Below, one piece after another: positions 27,472-41,589 of a stretch of DNA of 64,000 nt (position 1 is its first letter; each line of letters starts with the position of its first letter). The stretch is taken from assembly GCA_963700145.1 (NCBI GenBank), contig OY969474.1:5088001-5152000 (forward strand), in the 5' to 3' direction. The DNA is from an uncultured Acidobacteriota bacterium (lineage in GTDB: Bacteria > Acidobacteriota > Thermoanaerobaculia > Multivoradales > UBA5704). Both the position numbers and the translations under genes were made by a program. The notes under the pieces were generated by a model, which was given only the letters and a program-made list of their open reading frames with translations, was not told where the DNA came from and did not search any database.

Positions 27472-28548
27472 TTAGCCCCCGATTTCCATGAAGCTGACGA
27501 GGTTGCCGTAGTTGCCCTGGGTGAGCATGTGCTCGGCGGGCTTCTCTTCCAGCAGGCGGAGGATCTCGGCCTCCAGGGCGGCGCCGGGGTCGGCGGCGGC
27601 GAGGAGCGGGCGGAGGGGGTCGACGCGGTCGGCGAAGAGGCAGAGGCGGAGCTCGCCGCGCGAGGTCAGGCGCAGGCGGTTGCAGTCGGCGCAGAAAGTG
27701 TGGGAGAGCGGGGTGATGAACCCCACCGCGCCGGCCGCCCCCGGGATGCGGTAGGCCTTCGCCGGCCCGGTCCGGTGGTGCGGGGTGGCGAAGGGCACGA
27801 GGGCGCCGTGGCGGGCCTCCACCCGCGCCTTGACCGCGTCGGCCGAGAGGAACCGCCCCGGCTGCAGGTGCCGATTGCTCGCCGTCGGCATCATCTCGAT
27901 GAAGCGGACGGTGAGCGGGCGGGTGAGCGTCAGGTCCACCAGGGCGTCGAGGTCCGCCGGGTCGCCGTCGGCCAGGAGCACCGCGTTGAGCTTGACCGGG
28001 TCGAGCCCGGCCGCCAGCGCCGCCTCGATCCCCGCCCAGACCTCCGACAGGTCGCCGCGCCGGGTCACCTCCCGGAAGCGCTCCGGGTCGAGGCTGTCGA
28101 GGCTGACGTTGACCCGGTCCACCCCGGCCGCCTTGAGCGGCGCGGCCAGCCGCGCCAGCTCGGTGCCGTTGGTCGAGAGCGAGAGGTCGTCGAGGCCGGG
28201 CAGGGCCTTCAGGCGGCGCGCGATCTCCAGGATGTCCTTCCGCACCAGCGGCTCGCCGCCGGTCAGCCGCACCCGCCGGATCCCCAGCCGCACCAGCGCG
28301 CCGACCATCGTCTCGATCTCCTCGGGCGCCAGGAAGTCGCGGTCGCCGAAGGGGAACTCGGCGTCCTCGGGCAGGCAGTAGGTGCAGCGCAGGTTGCAGC
28401 GGTCGGTGACCGAGACCCGCAGGTAGGTGAGCCGGCGCCCGAAGGCGTCGACGAGCCGCGTCGGGTCGGCCTCCGCCGCGGGCGGGGCGACGCGCGGCGG
28501 CGCCCCCGGCAGGGGGGGCGTGGCGCGGAGGACGGGGAGGCGGCTCAT
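27472..28548 (-). CDS. moaA: GTP 3',8-cyclase (molybdenum cofactor biosynthesis)
   Basis: YLRVSVTDRCNLRCTYC, TGGEP, FCADCNRLRLT, C-terminal IGG. Confidence 0.96.
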   Translation of the reverse strand: MSRLPVLRATPPLPGAPPRVAPPAAEADPTRLVDAFGRRLTYLRVSVTDRCNLRCTYCLPEDAEFPFGDRDFLAPEEIETMVGALVRLGIRRVRLTGGEPLVRKDILEIARRLKALPGLDDLSLSTNGTELARLAAPLKAAGVDRVNVSLDSLDPERFREVTRRGDLSEVWAGIEAALAAGLDPVKLNAVLLADGDPADLDALVDLTLTRPLTVRFIEMMPTASNRHLQPGRFLSADAVKARVEARHGALVPFATPHHRTGPAKAYRIPGAAGAVGFITPLSHTFCADCNRLRLTSRGELRLCLFADRVDPLRPLLAAADPGAALEAEILRLLEEKPAEHMLTQGNYGNLVSFMEIGG

Positions 28549-28681
28549 GCTCGGGTTCCTGTGCCGCGATTCTACTCGCCGCAGGCTATTTGTCGCGTAA
28601 AGCGGCGCGAGCGGCACCTCAGTGTAGAATCCCCCGAGCGCAGTGTCCCCGCACGACGCACCCCCCGCCAGACCAGCCCGC

Positions 28682-29470
28682 ATGATCACCGGGTACAACA
28701 CCGACGTCCGTCACAACGACGTCCTCTTCCACGTCCAGACCGAGGACAAGGGGGTCGGCAACCCGCTCATCGAGAGCCTGGTCTACGTCGGCGGTCAGGT
28801 GCTGGCGAGCAAGCGGACGAGCTACGCCGACCTGCTGGCGGAGGGGAAGGACGAGAAGTCGGTCATGGCGATGATGGACCACCAGCACCGCACCATGATC
28901 GCGGCCATCCGCCACGGCAAGTTCGCCGACAAGGTGGGCGAGGGGCACCTCGACCGCTCGCCGGCGCCGGTGCCGCTCGACGCCGCCCCGGCGCCGCCGC
29001 CGCTGCGCTCGGCGGGCACCGGCCCGCTGGTCCGTCCCGCCGGGCTGGGCACCGGCCCCCTTGTGGCGCCGCCGCCCCTCGCCCCTGCCGTCCCACGCCC
29101 CCCGGCCGCCGAGCGCGCCGCGGAGCGCTCGCTCGACCAGGTGATCCTGGAGTACCTGACCAACGAGGCGGACCAGGAGCAGCTCTTCCTCTCGGTCGAG
29201 GGGGACTCCGACCTCGCCGCCGGGCGGCGGGTGGAGCTGGCGCTGCGCGCCCAATCGAGCAAGAGCGGCCAGCCGGTGCCCGGGACGCAGGTCTCGGTGC
29301 GGATGATCTCGACCGTCGCCGAGCCGCGCGCCCTGGCCGCCGGCCGCACCGACGAGCGCGGGGCGGTGGCCCTCGCCTTCGAGATCCCGGCGCTCGGCCG
29401 CGGCACGGCGGCGCTCATCATCACCGCCGTCTCGCCGATCGGGCGCGCCGAGCTCAAGCACCTGCTTTGA
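28682..29470 (+). CDS. Conserved hypothetical protein
   Basis: GYNTDV...FHVQTEDKG N-terminal domain, Pro-rich linker, beta-rich C-terminal domain. Confidence 0.75.
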   Translation: MITGYNTDVRHNDVLFHVQTEDKGVGNPLIESLVYVGGQVLASKRTSYADLLAEGKDEKSVMAMMDHQHRTMIAAIRHGKFADKVGEGHLDRSPAPVPLDAAPAPPPLRSAGTGPLVRPAGLGTGPLVAPPPLAPAVPRPPAAERAAERSLDQVILEYLTNEADQEQLFLSVEGDSDLAAGRRVELALRAQSSKSGQPVPGTQVSVRMISTVAEPRALAAGRTDERGAVALAFEIPALGRGTAALIITAVSPIGRAELKHLL

Positions 29471-29679
29471 GCACCATCCTGCTCAACGGCGAAGCCCGCC
29501 CGTTGACTCCCGGCGCCAGCGTCCTCGACCTCGTCACCGAGCTGGGCCGCCATCCGCGCGCCGTGGCGGTCGAGCTCAACGGCGCGATCCTGCCGCGCGA
29601 GACCTGGGCCGACCGGCGCCTCGAGCCCGGCGACCGCGTCGAGATGGTGCACTTCGTCCAGGGCGGCGGCAAGGAATAG
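29467..29679 (+). CDS. thiS: Sulfur carrier protein ThiS
   Basis: LNGE, VAVELNG.I, GDRVEMVHFVQGG; TTG overlaps upstream TGA. Confidence 0.85.
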   Translation: MSTILLNGEARPLTPGASVLDLVTELGRHPRAVAVELNGAILPRETWADRRLEPGDRVEMVHFVQGGGKE

Positions 29680-29737
29680 CGCGGTGCCGGCCGGCGTTGA
29701 GCGGGCGGAGGGAGTGCGTGTACACTCCGCCGTCGCT

Positions 29738-29813
29738 GGGCCGCTAGCTCAATTGGTAGAGCAGCAGACTCTTAATCTGCGGGTTCGGGGTTCGATTCCC
29801 TGGCGGCTCACCA
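29738..29813 (+). tRNA. tRNA-Lys(CTT)
   Basis: 76-nt cloverleaf, anticodon arm cagactCTTaatctg, GTTCGA, 3' CCA. Confidence 0.95.
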
Positions 29814-29843
29814 TCCCCATCCCGACCCGTCCCGGTCCAACCT

Positions 29844-29932
29844 GCGAAAGTGGCGGAACTGGCATACGCGCTAGACTTAGGATCTAGTCCCGAGCGATCG
29901 GGTTGGGGGTTCGAGTCCCCCCTTTCGCACCA
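29844..29932 (+). tRNA. tRNA-Leu(TAG)
   Basis: Anticodon arm ctagactTAGgatctag, long variable arm, GTTCGA, 3' CCA. Confidence 0.95.
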
Positions 29933-29982
29933 ACCTTCCGTTCACCCGTTCAGCGAGCCCGGCATCGCATAGGATCGTTTCG

Positions 29983-31272
29983 ATGAGCGTCGTGGTGTCC
30001 GTCGAGGACGTTGGCCCCTGCCGCAAGCAGCTCAAGATCGCCGTGCCGGCGCCGGCCGTCGAGGCCGAGACCGAGCGGGTGATCCAGGACATGGGCAAGC
30101 GGGTCAAGATCCCCGGCTTCCGCAAGGGGAAGGTGCCGGCGGAGCTGGTGCGCCGGCGCTATCAGAAGGACATCGAGCACGAGGTCGTCGAGCGGCTGCT
30201 GCCGCGCTACTGGCGGCAGGCGCAGGCGGAGAGCGACATCGACCCGCTGCTGCCCCCCGAGGTGGACGAGGTCGAGGAGCTGCAGCCCGGCCGCGACCTC
30301 ACCTTCACCGCCACCGTCGAGACCCGGCCGCGCATCGAGCTGCACGGCCTGAGCGACTTCGACCTGCCGTCGCCCGAGGTCGAGCCCGGGACGGTGGAGA
30401 TCGAGGAGGCGCTCGAGGACGTCCGCAAGCAGGTCGGCACCTGGGTGCCGGTCGAGCGGACGGCGGCGCGCGGCGACCTGGTGAGCCTGGAGGTGCGCGA
30501 GGCGCGCCCCGAGGGCGAGTGGTCCGAGCCGCAGGCGACCGAGGTGGAGCTGGGCGACCCGCGGATCTGGGAGGAGCTGGCCCTGGCCGTCACCGGCCTC
30601 GGCGCCGGCCAGGAGACGACCTTCACCCGCCGCGAGCAGCACGGCGACCACGAGCACGAGAAGAGCTACCGGGCCGCCGTCGTGGCGGTCAAGGAGCGCG
30701 ATCTGCCGCCCCTCGACGACGAGCTGGCGACCCGCGTCAGCCCGGAGCTGCAGAGCCTCGAGGAGCTGCGCTCGGCGCTGGTCGCGCGCCTGCGGGCGCA
30801 GAAGACCGAGCAGCGACGCGAGGAGCGGCAGAAGGCGCTCCTCGACCAGCTCCGCGAGCGGCACCCGCTGGAGCTGCCGCAGCGGGTCGTGGACCGGGAG
30901 GTCGAAGGGCTGGCGCGCGACTACGCCGAGGGGCTGGTGCGGCAGGGCGTCGACCTGGAGCGCTCGCGGATCGACTGGCAGGAGGTCACGGCCGGCCTGC
31001 GGCCGCTCGCCGAGCGCCGGGTCCACGCCCGGCTCCTCCTCGACGCCGCCGCCGAGTCCGAAGGCGTGGCGGTCGAGGAGACCGAGTTCGAAGGCTTCCT
31101 CGCCGCCCTCGCCCGGGCCCAGGGAACTTCGACCCCGTCGTTGCGCAAGGCCCTCGACGAGCAGGGCCGCCTGGAGACCCTGCGCGGCCAGCTCCGCCGC
31201 GACAAGACGATGCGCCACCTGCTCGGCGAATTGCCGGCGCCGGCCGAGGCGGTCGCGGCCGAACCGACGTAA
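29983..31272 (+). CDS. tig: Trigger factor
   Basis: [10 protein letters not shown] signature; position upstream of clpP. Confidence 0.93.
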   Translation: MSVVVSVEDVGPCRKQLKIAVPAPAVEAETERVIQDMGKRVKIPGFRKGKVPAELVRRRYQKDIEHEVVERLLPRYWRQAQAESDIDPLLPPEVDEVEELQPGRDLTFTATVETRPRIELHGLSDFDLPSPEVEPGTVEIEEALEDVRKQVGTWVPVERTAARGDLVSLEVREARPEGEWSEPQATEVELGDPRIWEELALAVTGLGAGQETTFTRREQHGDHEHEKSYRAAVVAVKERDLPPLDDELATRVSPELQSLEELRSALVARLRAQKTEQRREERQKALLDQLRERHPLELPQRVVDREVEGLARDYAEGLVRQGVDLERSRIDWQEVTAGLRPLAERRVHARLLLDAAAESEGVAVEETEFEGFLAALARAQGTSTPSLRKALDEQGRLETLRGQLRRDKTMRHLLGELPAPAEAVAAEPT

Positions 31273-31295
31273 GAGAGAGGAAGGACGCAGAAAAC

Positions 31296-31883
31296 ATGCT
31301 GATTCCGATGGTCGTCGAGCAGACCAACCGAGGCGAGCGGGCCTACGACATCTACTCGCGGCTGCTCAAGGACAACATCATCTTCCTCGGCCGCGGGGTG
31401 GACGACGACACCGCCAGCCTGATCATCGCCCAGATGCTCTTCCTCGAGGCCGAGAACCCGGAGAAGGACATCTCGCTCTACATCAACTCGCCGGGCGGCT
31501 CGATCAGCTCCGGCATGGCGATCTACGACACCATGCAGTACATCAAGCCGGACGTCGCCACCTACTGCGTCGGGCAGGCGGCCTCGATGGCCGCGGTGCT
31601 CCTCGCCGCCGGCGCCAAGGGGAAACGGACGCTCCTGCCCAACAGCCGGGTGCTGATCCACCAGCCCTGGCTCTCGGGCCTCCAGGGGCAGCAGTCCGAC
31701 ATCGAGATCCACGCCAAGGACATGTTCATCATGCGCGACCGCATGGACGAGATCCTGGCCTTCCACAGCGGCCGGACGAAGGAGGAGGTGCACCGCGACA
31801 CCGAGCGCGACCGCATCCTCTCGGCGACGGAGGCGGTGGAGTACGGGCTGGCAGACCGCATCATGGTCCGCAAGCGGGCCTGA
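31296..31883 (+). CDS. clpP: ATP-dependent Clp protease proteolytic subunit
   Basis: [24 protein letters not shown]. Confidence 0.97.
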   Translation: MLIPMVVEQTNRGERAYDIYSRLLKDNIIFLGRGVDDDTASLIIAQMLFLEAENPEKDISLYINSPGGSISSGMAIYDTMQYIKPDVATYCVGQAASMAAVLLAAGAKGKRTLLPNSRVLIHQPWLSGLQGQQSDIEIHAKDMFIMRDRMDEILAFHSGRTKEEVHRDTERDRILSATEAVEYGLADRIMVRKRA

Positions 31884-31910
31884 GCAGCGCCCGCCAAGTC
31901 CGCGCAAACC

Positions 31911-31937
31911 CCGGCCGGGAATGGGCTTTCCGGCCGG
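31911..31937 (+). terminator. GC-rich hairpin between clpP and clpX
   Basis: ccggccggga-atgggct-ttccggccgg; no clear U-tract. Confidence 0.35.
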
Positions 31938-32025
31938 CCGCGTTGTATGCAGGTAAGGTTGACAGAGCCTGGGATCACCCCTAGCATCGACTTGCCTGTC
32001 CCCCCGATCCCAGACGGAGGAGTAA

Positions 32026-33264
<1,239 letters not shown>

Positions 33265-33273
33265 AAGGAACCA

Positions 33274-35691
<2,418 letters not shown>

Positions 35692-35755
35692 CCCTCTGCT
35701 CGGTCCCAGCGCGCCCGCAACGGGCCGCGCGCGGGCCGTCCAGTGACAGCTCAGT

Positions 35756-36379
35756 TTGAAAGTCGAATCGGCGGAGTACGTCCGGTCGGCGCACGTGGAT
35801 GCGGACTTCGTGCGGGACGGGCGCCCCGAGGTGCTGTTCGCGGGGCGCTCGAACGTCGGCAAGTCCAGCCTGTTGAACCGGCTGCTGGGGAGGAAGGGGC
35901 TGGCCCGCACCAGCTCGACCCCGGGGCGCACACGGGCGGTCAATTACTTCCTGGTCAACGGCCGCTTCTATTTCGTGGATCTGCCGGGTTACGGCTACGC
36001 GAAGGCGGCGCGGACGGAGAGGCGGGCGTGGGGGGCGCTGGTGGACCGCTACCTGCAACAGGCGCTCCCGGGTTCTCAGGTGGTTTTGCTGGTGGACGGC
36101 AAGGTCGGCGCGACCGACCTCGACGTCCAGGCCCACCGCTACCTCGCGGGGCTGGGGGCCGAGCCGGTGGTGGTGGCCACCAAGGTCGACAAAGTGCCCC
36201 GCGGCCGGCGGACCCAGATGCAGCGCGACATCCGACAAACGCTGGAGGACGCGGACACCAGGATCATCGAAGTCTCGGCGCAGACGGGAGAGGGGGTCGG
36301 GGAGCTTTGGCGGACCATCGCGAGCTACCTCCAACCCGGCCCCGGATCCGGACGAACCGGCGCCGGAAACACTGATTGA
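35756..36379 (+). CDS. engB: Ribosome biogenesis GTP-binding protein YihA/YsxC
   Basis: [19 protein letters not shown]. Confidence 0.95.
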   Translation: MKVESAEYVRSAHVDADFVRDGRPEVLFAGRSNVGKSSLLNRLLGRKGLARTSSTPGRTRAVNYFLVNGRFYFVDLPGYGYAKAARTERRAWGALVDRYLQQALPGSQVVLLVDGKVGATDLDVQAHRYLAGLGAEPVVVATKVDKVPRGRRTQMQRDIRQTLEDADTRIIEVSAQTGEGVGELWRTIASYLQPGPGSGRTGAGNTD

Positions 36380-36390
36380 ACGAGGACACC

Positions 36391-37761
<1,371 letters not shown>

Positions 37762-37769
37762 GGGGTGCC

Positions 37770-38564
37770 GTGCCCAAGCTGCGGGTCGGCATCGTCAACT
37801 TCCTCAACAGCAAGCCGCTGGCCTGGGGGTTCCTCAAGGGCCACCACGCCGACGTCTTCGCGCCCAGCGTCCATCCGCCGGCGGTGGTGGCGCGGCTGCT
37901 CTCGCAGGGCAGCCTCGACGTCGGGCTCATCCCGTCGATCGAGTTCCAGAAGATCCCGGGGCTCAAGGTCATCCCCGACCTCTGCATCGCCGCCACCCAC
38001 GAGGCGCGGAGCGTGCTGCTGGTCGCCGAGAAGCCGTGGCAGGAGGTGCGGCGCGTGGCGGTCGACCAGAACAGCCGCACCTCGGTGGCGCTCGCCCGCA
38101 TCCTCTTCCGCGAGCGCTTCAAGACCGACCCGGAGATGGTGCAGGAGCGGCCGGAGCTCGAGCGCATGCTGGCCGACGCCGACGCCGCGCTGCTCATCGG
38201 CGACCCGGCGCTGAAGGTCGACCGCGAGCGCTTCCGCGTCCTCGACCTGGCCGGCGAGTGGCACGCCCTGACCGGCCTGCCCTTCGTCTTCGCGCTCTGG
38301 GCGGTGCGGCCGGAGGTGGAGTTCCCCGACCTCCCCTTCTACTTCAAGAGCAGCCTGCGCTACGGCCTGTCCTCGCTCGACGTCCTGGTGCGCGAGGCGG
38401 CCGCCGAGCTCGACCTCGACAGCGCCGAGGTGCGCTCCTACCTGACCGAGAACCTTGCCTACTTCCTGCGCCACGAGGAGCTCGCCGGCCTCGAGGAGTT
38501 CTACCGCCGCGCCCACGCCCACGGCCTGATCCTCCAGCCCAAGCCGCTCGACTTCTGGAGCTGA
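37770..38564 (+). CDS. mqnA: Chorismate dehydratase (futalosine pathway)
   Basis: FLNSKPL, SRTSVAL, LLIGDPAL, DLAGEW..LTGLPFVFALW; adjacent to mqnC. Confidence 0.88.
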   Translation: MPKLRVGIVNFLNSKPLAWGFLKGHHADVFAPSVHPPAVVARLLSQGSLDVGLIPSIEFQKIPGLKVIPDLCIAATHEARSVLLVAEKPWQEVRRVAVDQNSRTSVALARILFRERFKTDPEMVQERPELERMLADADAALLIGDPALKVDRERFRVLDLAGEWHALTGLPFVFALWAVRPEVEFPDLPFYFKSSLRYGLSSLDVLVREAAAELDLDSAEVRSYLTENLAYFLRHEELAGLEEFYRRAHAHGLILQPKPLDFWS

Positions 38565-38586
38565 CACCTGGGCTAGGATGATGGCC

Positions 38587-39768
38587 ATGGACCTCCGCCC
38601 CTCCGGCCGGCCGGTGCCGGCCATCCTCGAGGACGCCCTCGCCGGCCGGCGCATCTCGGCCGGCGACGCCCACACCCTGGTCCTCGACGGCGACCTGCTG
38701 GCGCTCGGGGAGGCCGCCGACGCGGTGCGCAACCGCTGGAACGACCCCGCGGTCGCCACCTACAACATCGACCGCAACATCAACTACACCAACGTTTGCG
38801 TCTACAAGTGCCGCTTCTGCGCCTTCTACCGCGAGCCCGGCGACGCCGAGGGCTACCTGCTGCCGTTCGAGGAGATCGGGCGCAAGATCGAGGAGACCCT
38901 GGCGCTCAACGGCACCGGCATCCTGATGCAGGGCGGCGTCCACCCGGACCTGCCGCTCTCCTACTACGAGGACCTGCTGCACTACATCCGGCAGAACTAC
39001 CCCGCCCTCCACGTCCACGCCTTCTCGCCGCCGGAGATCAAGTTCGTCGCCAAGAAGGAGCGAATGAGCTTCCACGAGGTCATCGCGCGCCTCAAGCAGG
39101 CGGGGCTCATGTCGATCCCCGGCGGCGGCGCCGAGATCCTGTCCGACGCCGTGCGCAAGGACGTGCTGGCCTACCCCAAGTGCTCGGCCGAGGAGTGGAT
39201 CGACGTCATGCGCCAGGCGCACCGCAACGGCCTGCGCACCTCGGCGACGATGATGTACGGCATGGGCGAGGGGCTGGAGACCCGCATCGAGCACTTCCAG
39301 CGCGTGCGCGACCTCCAGGACGAGACCGGCGGTTTCACCGCCTTCATCTCCTGGACGTTCCAGCACGAGCACACCGAGATGGCCGAGGTGCCGGAGACCT
39401 ACGCCGAGGAGTACCTGCGCACCCTCGCCGTCTCGCGGCTCTTCCTCGACAACATCGTCCACTTCCAGACCAGCTGGGTGACGCAGGGGAAGAAGATCGG
39501 CCAGGTGGCGCTCTCCTTCGGCGCCGACGACATGGGCTCGATCATGATCGAGGAGAACGTCGTCTCCTCGGCCGGCACCTCGTACACCATGAGCCAGGAC
39601 GAGATGGAGCACCTGATCGCGGCCGCGGGGTACCTGCCGCGCCAGCGCACCAACCTCTACGAGCGGCTGGTCACCCGCGAGGAGACCGCCGAGCTCGCCC
39701 GCAAGTACCGCCACGCCCTGACCCCCGCCCACCGCGAGCTGGCCTCGGCCCTGCCCGTCCTGGGTTAG
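38587..39768 (+). CDS. mqnC: Cyclic dehypoxanthine futalosine synthase (radical SAM)
   Basis: DRNINYTNVCVYKCRFCAFY, SIPGGGAEIL, FTAFISW, EENVVS; alternative starts 38578/38581. Confidence 0.9.
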   Translation: MDLRPSGRPVPAILEDALAGRRISAGDAHTLVLDGDLLALGEAADAVRNRWNDPAVATYNIDRNINYTNVCVYKCRFCAFYREPGDAEGYLLPFEEIGRKIEETLALNGTGILMQGGVHPDLPLSYYEDLLHYIRQNYPALHVHAFSPPEIKFVAKKERMSFHEVIARLKQAGLMSIPGGGAEILSDAVRKDVLAYPKCSAEEWIDVMRQAHRNGLRTSATMMYGMGEGLETRIEHFQRVRDLQDETGGFTAFISWTFQHEHTEMAEVPETYAEEYLRTLAVSRLFLDNIVHFQTSWVTQGKKIGQVALSFGADDMGSIMIEENVVSSAGTSYTMSQDEMEHLIAAAGYLPRQRTNLYERLVTREETAELARKYRHALTPAHRELASALPVLG

Positions 39769-39796
39769 GCCGGCCCGCGGCGGCGGGGTCCTCCCC

Positions 39797-41293
39797 CTAC
39801 GGCGTCACCTCCACGATGTGGGTCGTCCAGGCGCAGACGCCCGTGGCGTCGGGCACGGCGCGCTCGGCGGCGAGCCAGAAGCGGGAAAGGCCGGGCTCGG
39901 TCTGCGCCCCCACGAAGTCGCCGACCTTGTCCCGGCTGCCCGGCCGCGTGCAGGTGCCGAAGGTGTTGGCGGGGAGCATGGCCTGCACGAAGAAGAACGG
40001 GTCGATGAAGTTCTTGAACGCCCAGCCGGCGCTCAGGTAGCGGGTCGGGCTGCTGGTGAGGAACGGCACGGCGATCTGGTTGGCGGCGTTGACCGCGATG
40101 CCGGGCATGTAGTAGCCGAGATCGGTCTCTTCGTCGCCGCTGGCCAGCTCCACCATCTGCTGGAAGAAGGCGGTCAGCGTGGTGCCGCTGGAGCCGACGA
40201 AGACGGCCATCACGCGGACCACGGGCTTCTTGATGCTGCTGCCGGTCTGGTCGCGGCCGATGGTATGGACGGCCCACAGCCGGTCGCCGGTGGCCGCCAC
40301 CTGCATGATGCGGCTGTCGTTGATGTCGAGGAAGAACCCCGAGGGCTGCTTGGCGAACTGAGCATCGCGGTACTGGGAGCCCGTCATGTTGAGCACGTCG
40401 ACCGTCGGGCTGCCGGCCGAGACGTTGCGCACCCGCCAGACCCGGTACGTCGAGGTCGTCGGCGTCGGCGCCACGGCGCTGAACATGTAGGCGGGGTTCG
40501 AGACCCCGGGAAAGGACGACGGAGCCGTGTAGTGCACCGCCGGCTGCACGTGGCCGTTCCGTTGGTTGGTGCCGTGGGTCCCGGCCAGCTCCTGCGTCAG
40601 GGCAAGGAAGCTGGAGAGCGCGGGGCAGGCAACGGCGTTGTTGGTGGCGACGGCCTTGTTGATCACCCGCAGGATCCCGTACCGGTACTGGTACGTGGGG
40701 TTTGGGAACGTGAACTGGTCGTTGCTGATCAGGAAGGCGTCGGCACCGACGCCCACCATCGGGAAGTCGGCCCAGGTCGTGCCGCCGTCGCGCACCGAGT
40801 TGATCTTGTAGGTGCACCAGCTGCCGGTGCTGAAGCTCGTCGGGCTGGCGGAGCGGGAGACGGCAAGGTAGATGCTGGCCGTCTGCGGCTGCACGCCCGG
40901 GTTCCGTTGCAGGGCGACGATCCAGAAGCGCTGGTTCGGCCCCAGCCGGTCGTAGACCACGCGCGGATCGAACAGGACCATTTCGGTGCCGACGTTGGAG
41001 CCGAAGAAGGTGTTGAGAGGCGTCGTCGCCAGCGTCGTCCCGCTCGTGGTGTAGAGGCGAATGGCGCTGTTGGTGGCGTGGATCACGTGCGTGCCGTTCG
41101 CCCCGAGGATCGTGTCGGGGGGCCGGAAGACGTTGTCCGCGCCCTTGGCGGTGTCGTAGTTGAGCCCGGCGAAGGACTGCGTCACGGTCTGCGCGGCGAG
41201 AGGCGGGGTGAGCCAGAGCAGCAGGAGCCCGGCGGCTCCCGCCCGCCAGGCCGTCCGCGCGTTGGTTCGATCTGTTCGGTTGCCGAGGTCCAT
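39797..41293 (-). CDS. Secreted beta-rich hypothetical protein
   Basis: AAAGGAGG RBS; signal peptide ...LLLLWLTPPLAA-Q; PPDT, DPRVVYD, WADFP motifs. Confidence 0.8.
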   Translation of the reverse strand: MDLGNRTDRTNARTAWRAGAAGLLLLWLTPPLAAQTVTQSFAGLNYDTAKGADNVFRPPDTILGANGTHVIHATNSAIRLYTTSGTTLATTPLNTFFGSNVGTEMVLFDPRVVYDRLGPNQRFWIVALQRNPGVQPQTASIYLAVSRSASPTSFSTGSWCTYKINSVRDGGTTWADFPMVGVGADAFLISNDQFTFPNPTYQYRYGILRVINKAVATNNAVACPALSSFLALTQELAGTHGTNQRNGHVQPAVHYTAPSSFPGVSNPAYMFSAVAPTPTTSTYRVWRVRNVSAGSPTVDVLNMTGSQYRDAQFAKQPSGFFLDINDSRIMQVAATGDRLWAVHTIGRDQTGSSIKKPVVRVMAVFVGSSGTTLTAFFQQMVELASGDEETDLGYYMPGIAVNAANQIAVPFLTSSPTRYLSAGWAFKNFIDPFFFVQAMLPANTFGTCTRPGSRDKVGDFVGAQTEPGLSRFWLAAERAVPDATGVCAWTTHIVEVTP

Positions 41294-41332
41294 GATGTTC
41301 CTCCTTTCGGATGCTCGAGCGCGGAGGTGAAA

Positions 41333-41348
41333 GGCAAGACCGGCGCCA
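41333..41348 (-). promoter_or_regulatory. Sigma54 (-24/-12) promoter
   Basis: Minus strand TGGCGCCGGTCTTGCC = GG-N10-GC, about 40 nt upstream of ATG 41293. Confidence 0.65.
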
Positions 41349-41589
41349 GCCGGCGGTTCGCGTAAATCGTTGACCACGAAGGAGGAACGCGGGACGCCGT
41401 ACGTTTACATCGCCCAGGCGGTGGGCACGGCGCGCCCAGCCGCTGGGCGTTTCGGTCTTTGCGCAGGTTGCCGCCGCGAATGGAAGCCGGAAGGTTCGTG
41501 TTGATGCTCCTAGCGATGAGCTTCGACGGGCCGCGACCGGCGCGCGTAGTAGGCTTGAGGGCTCGGAATCCGTCGAGACGGCGTGCCAA

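Noticed and set aside
29738-29932. tRNAs as island integration sites
   Set aside because: No duplicated tRNA 3' end or integrase seen; flanked by core genes
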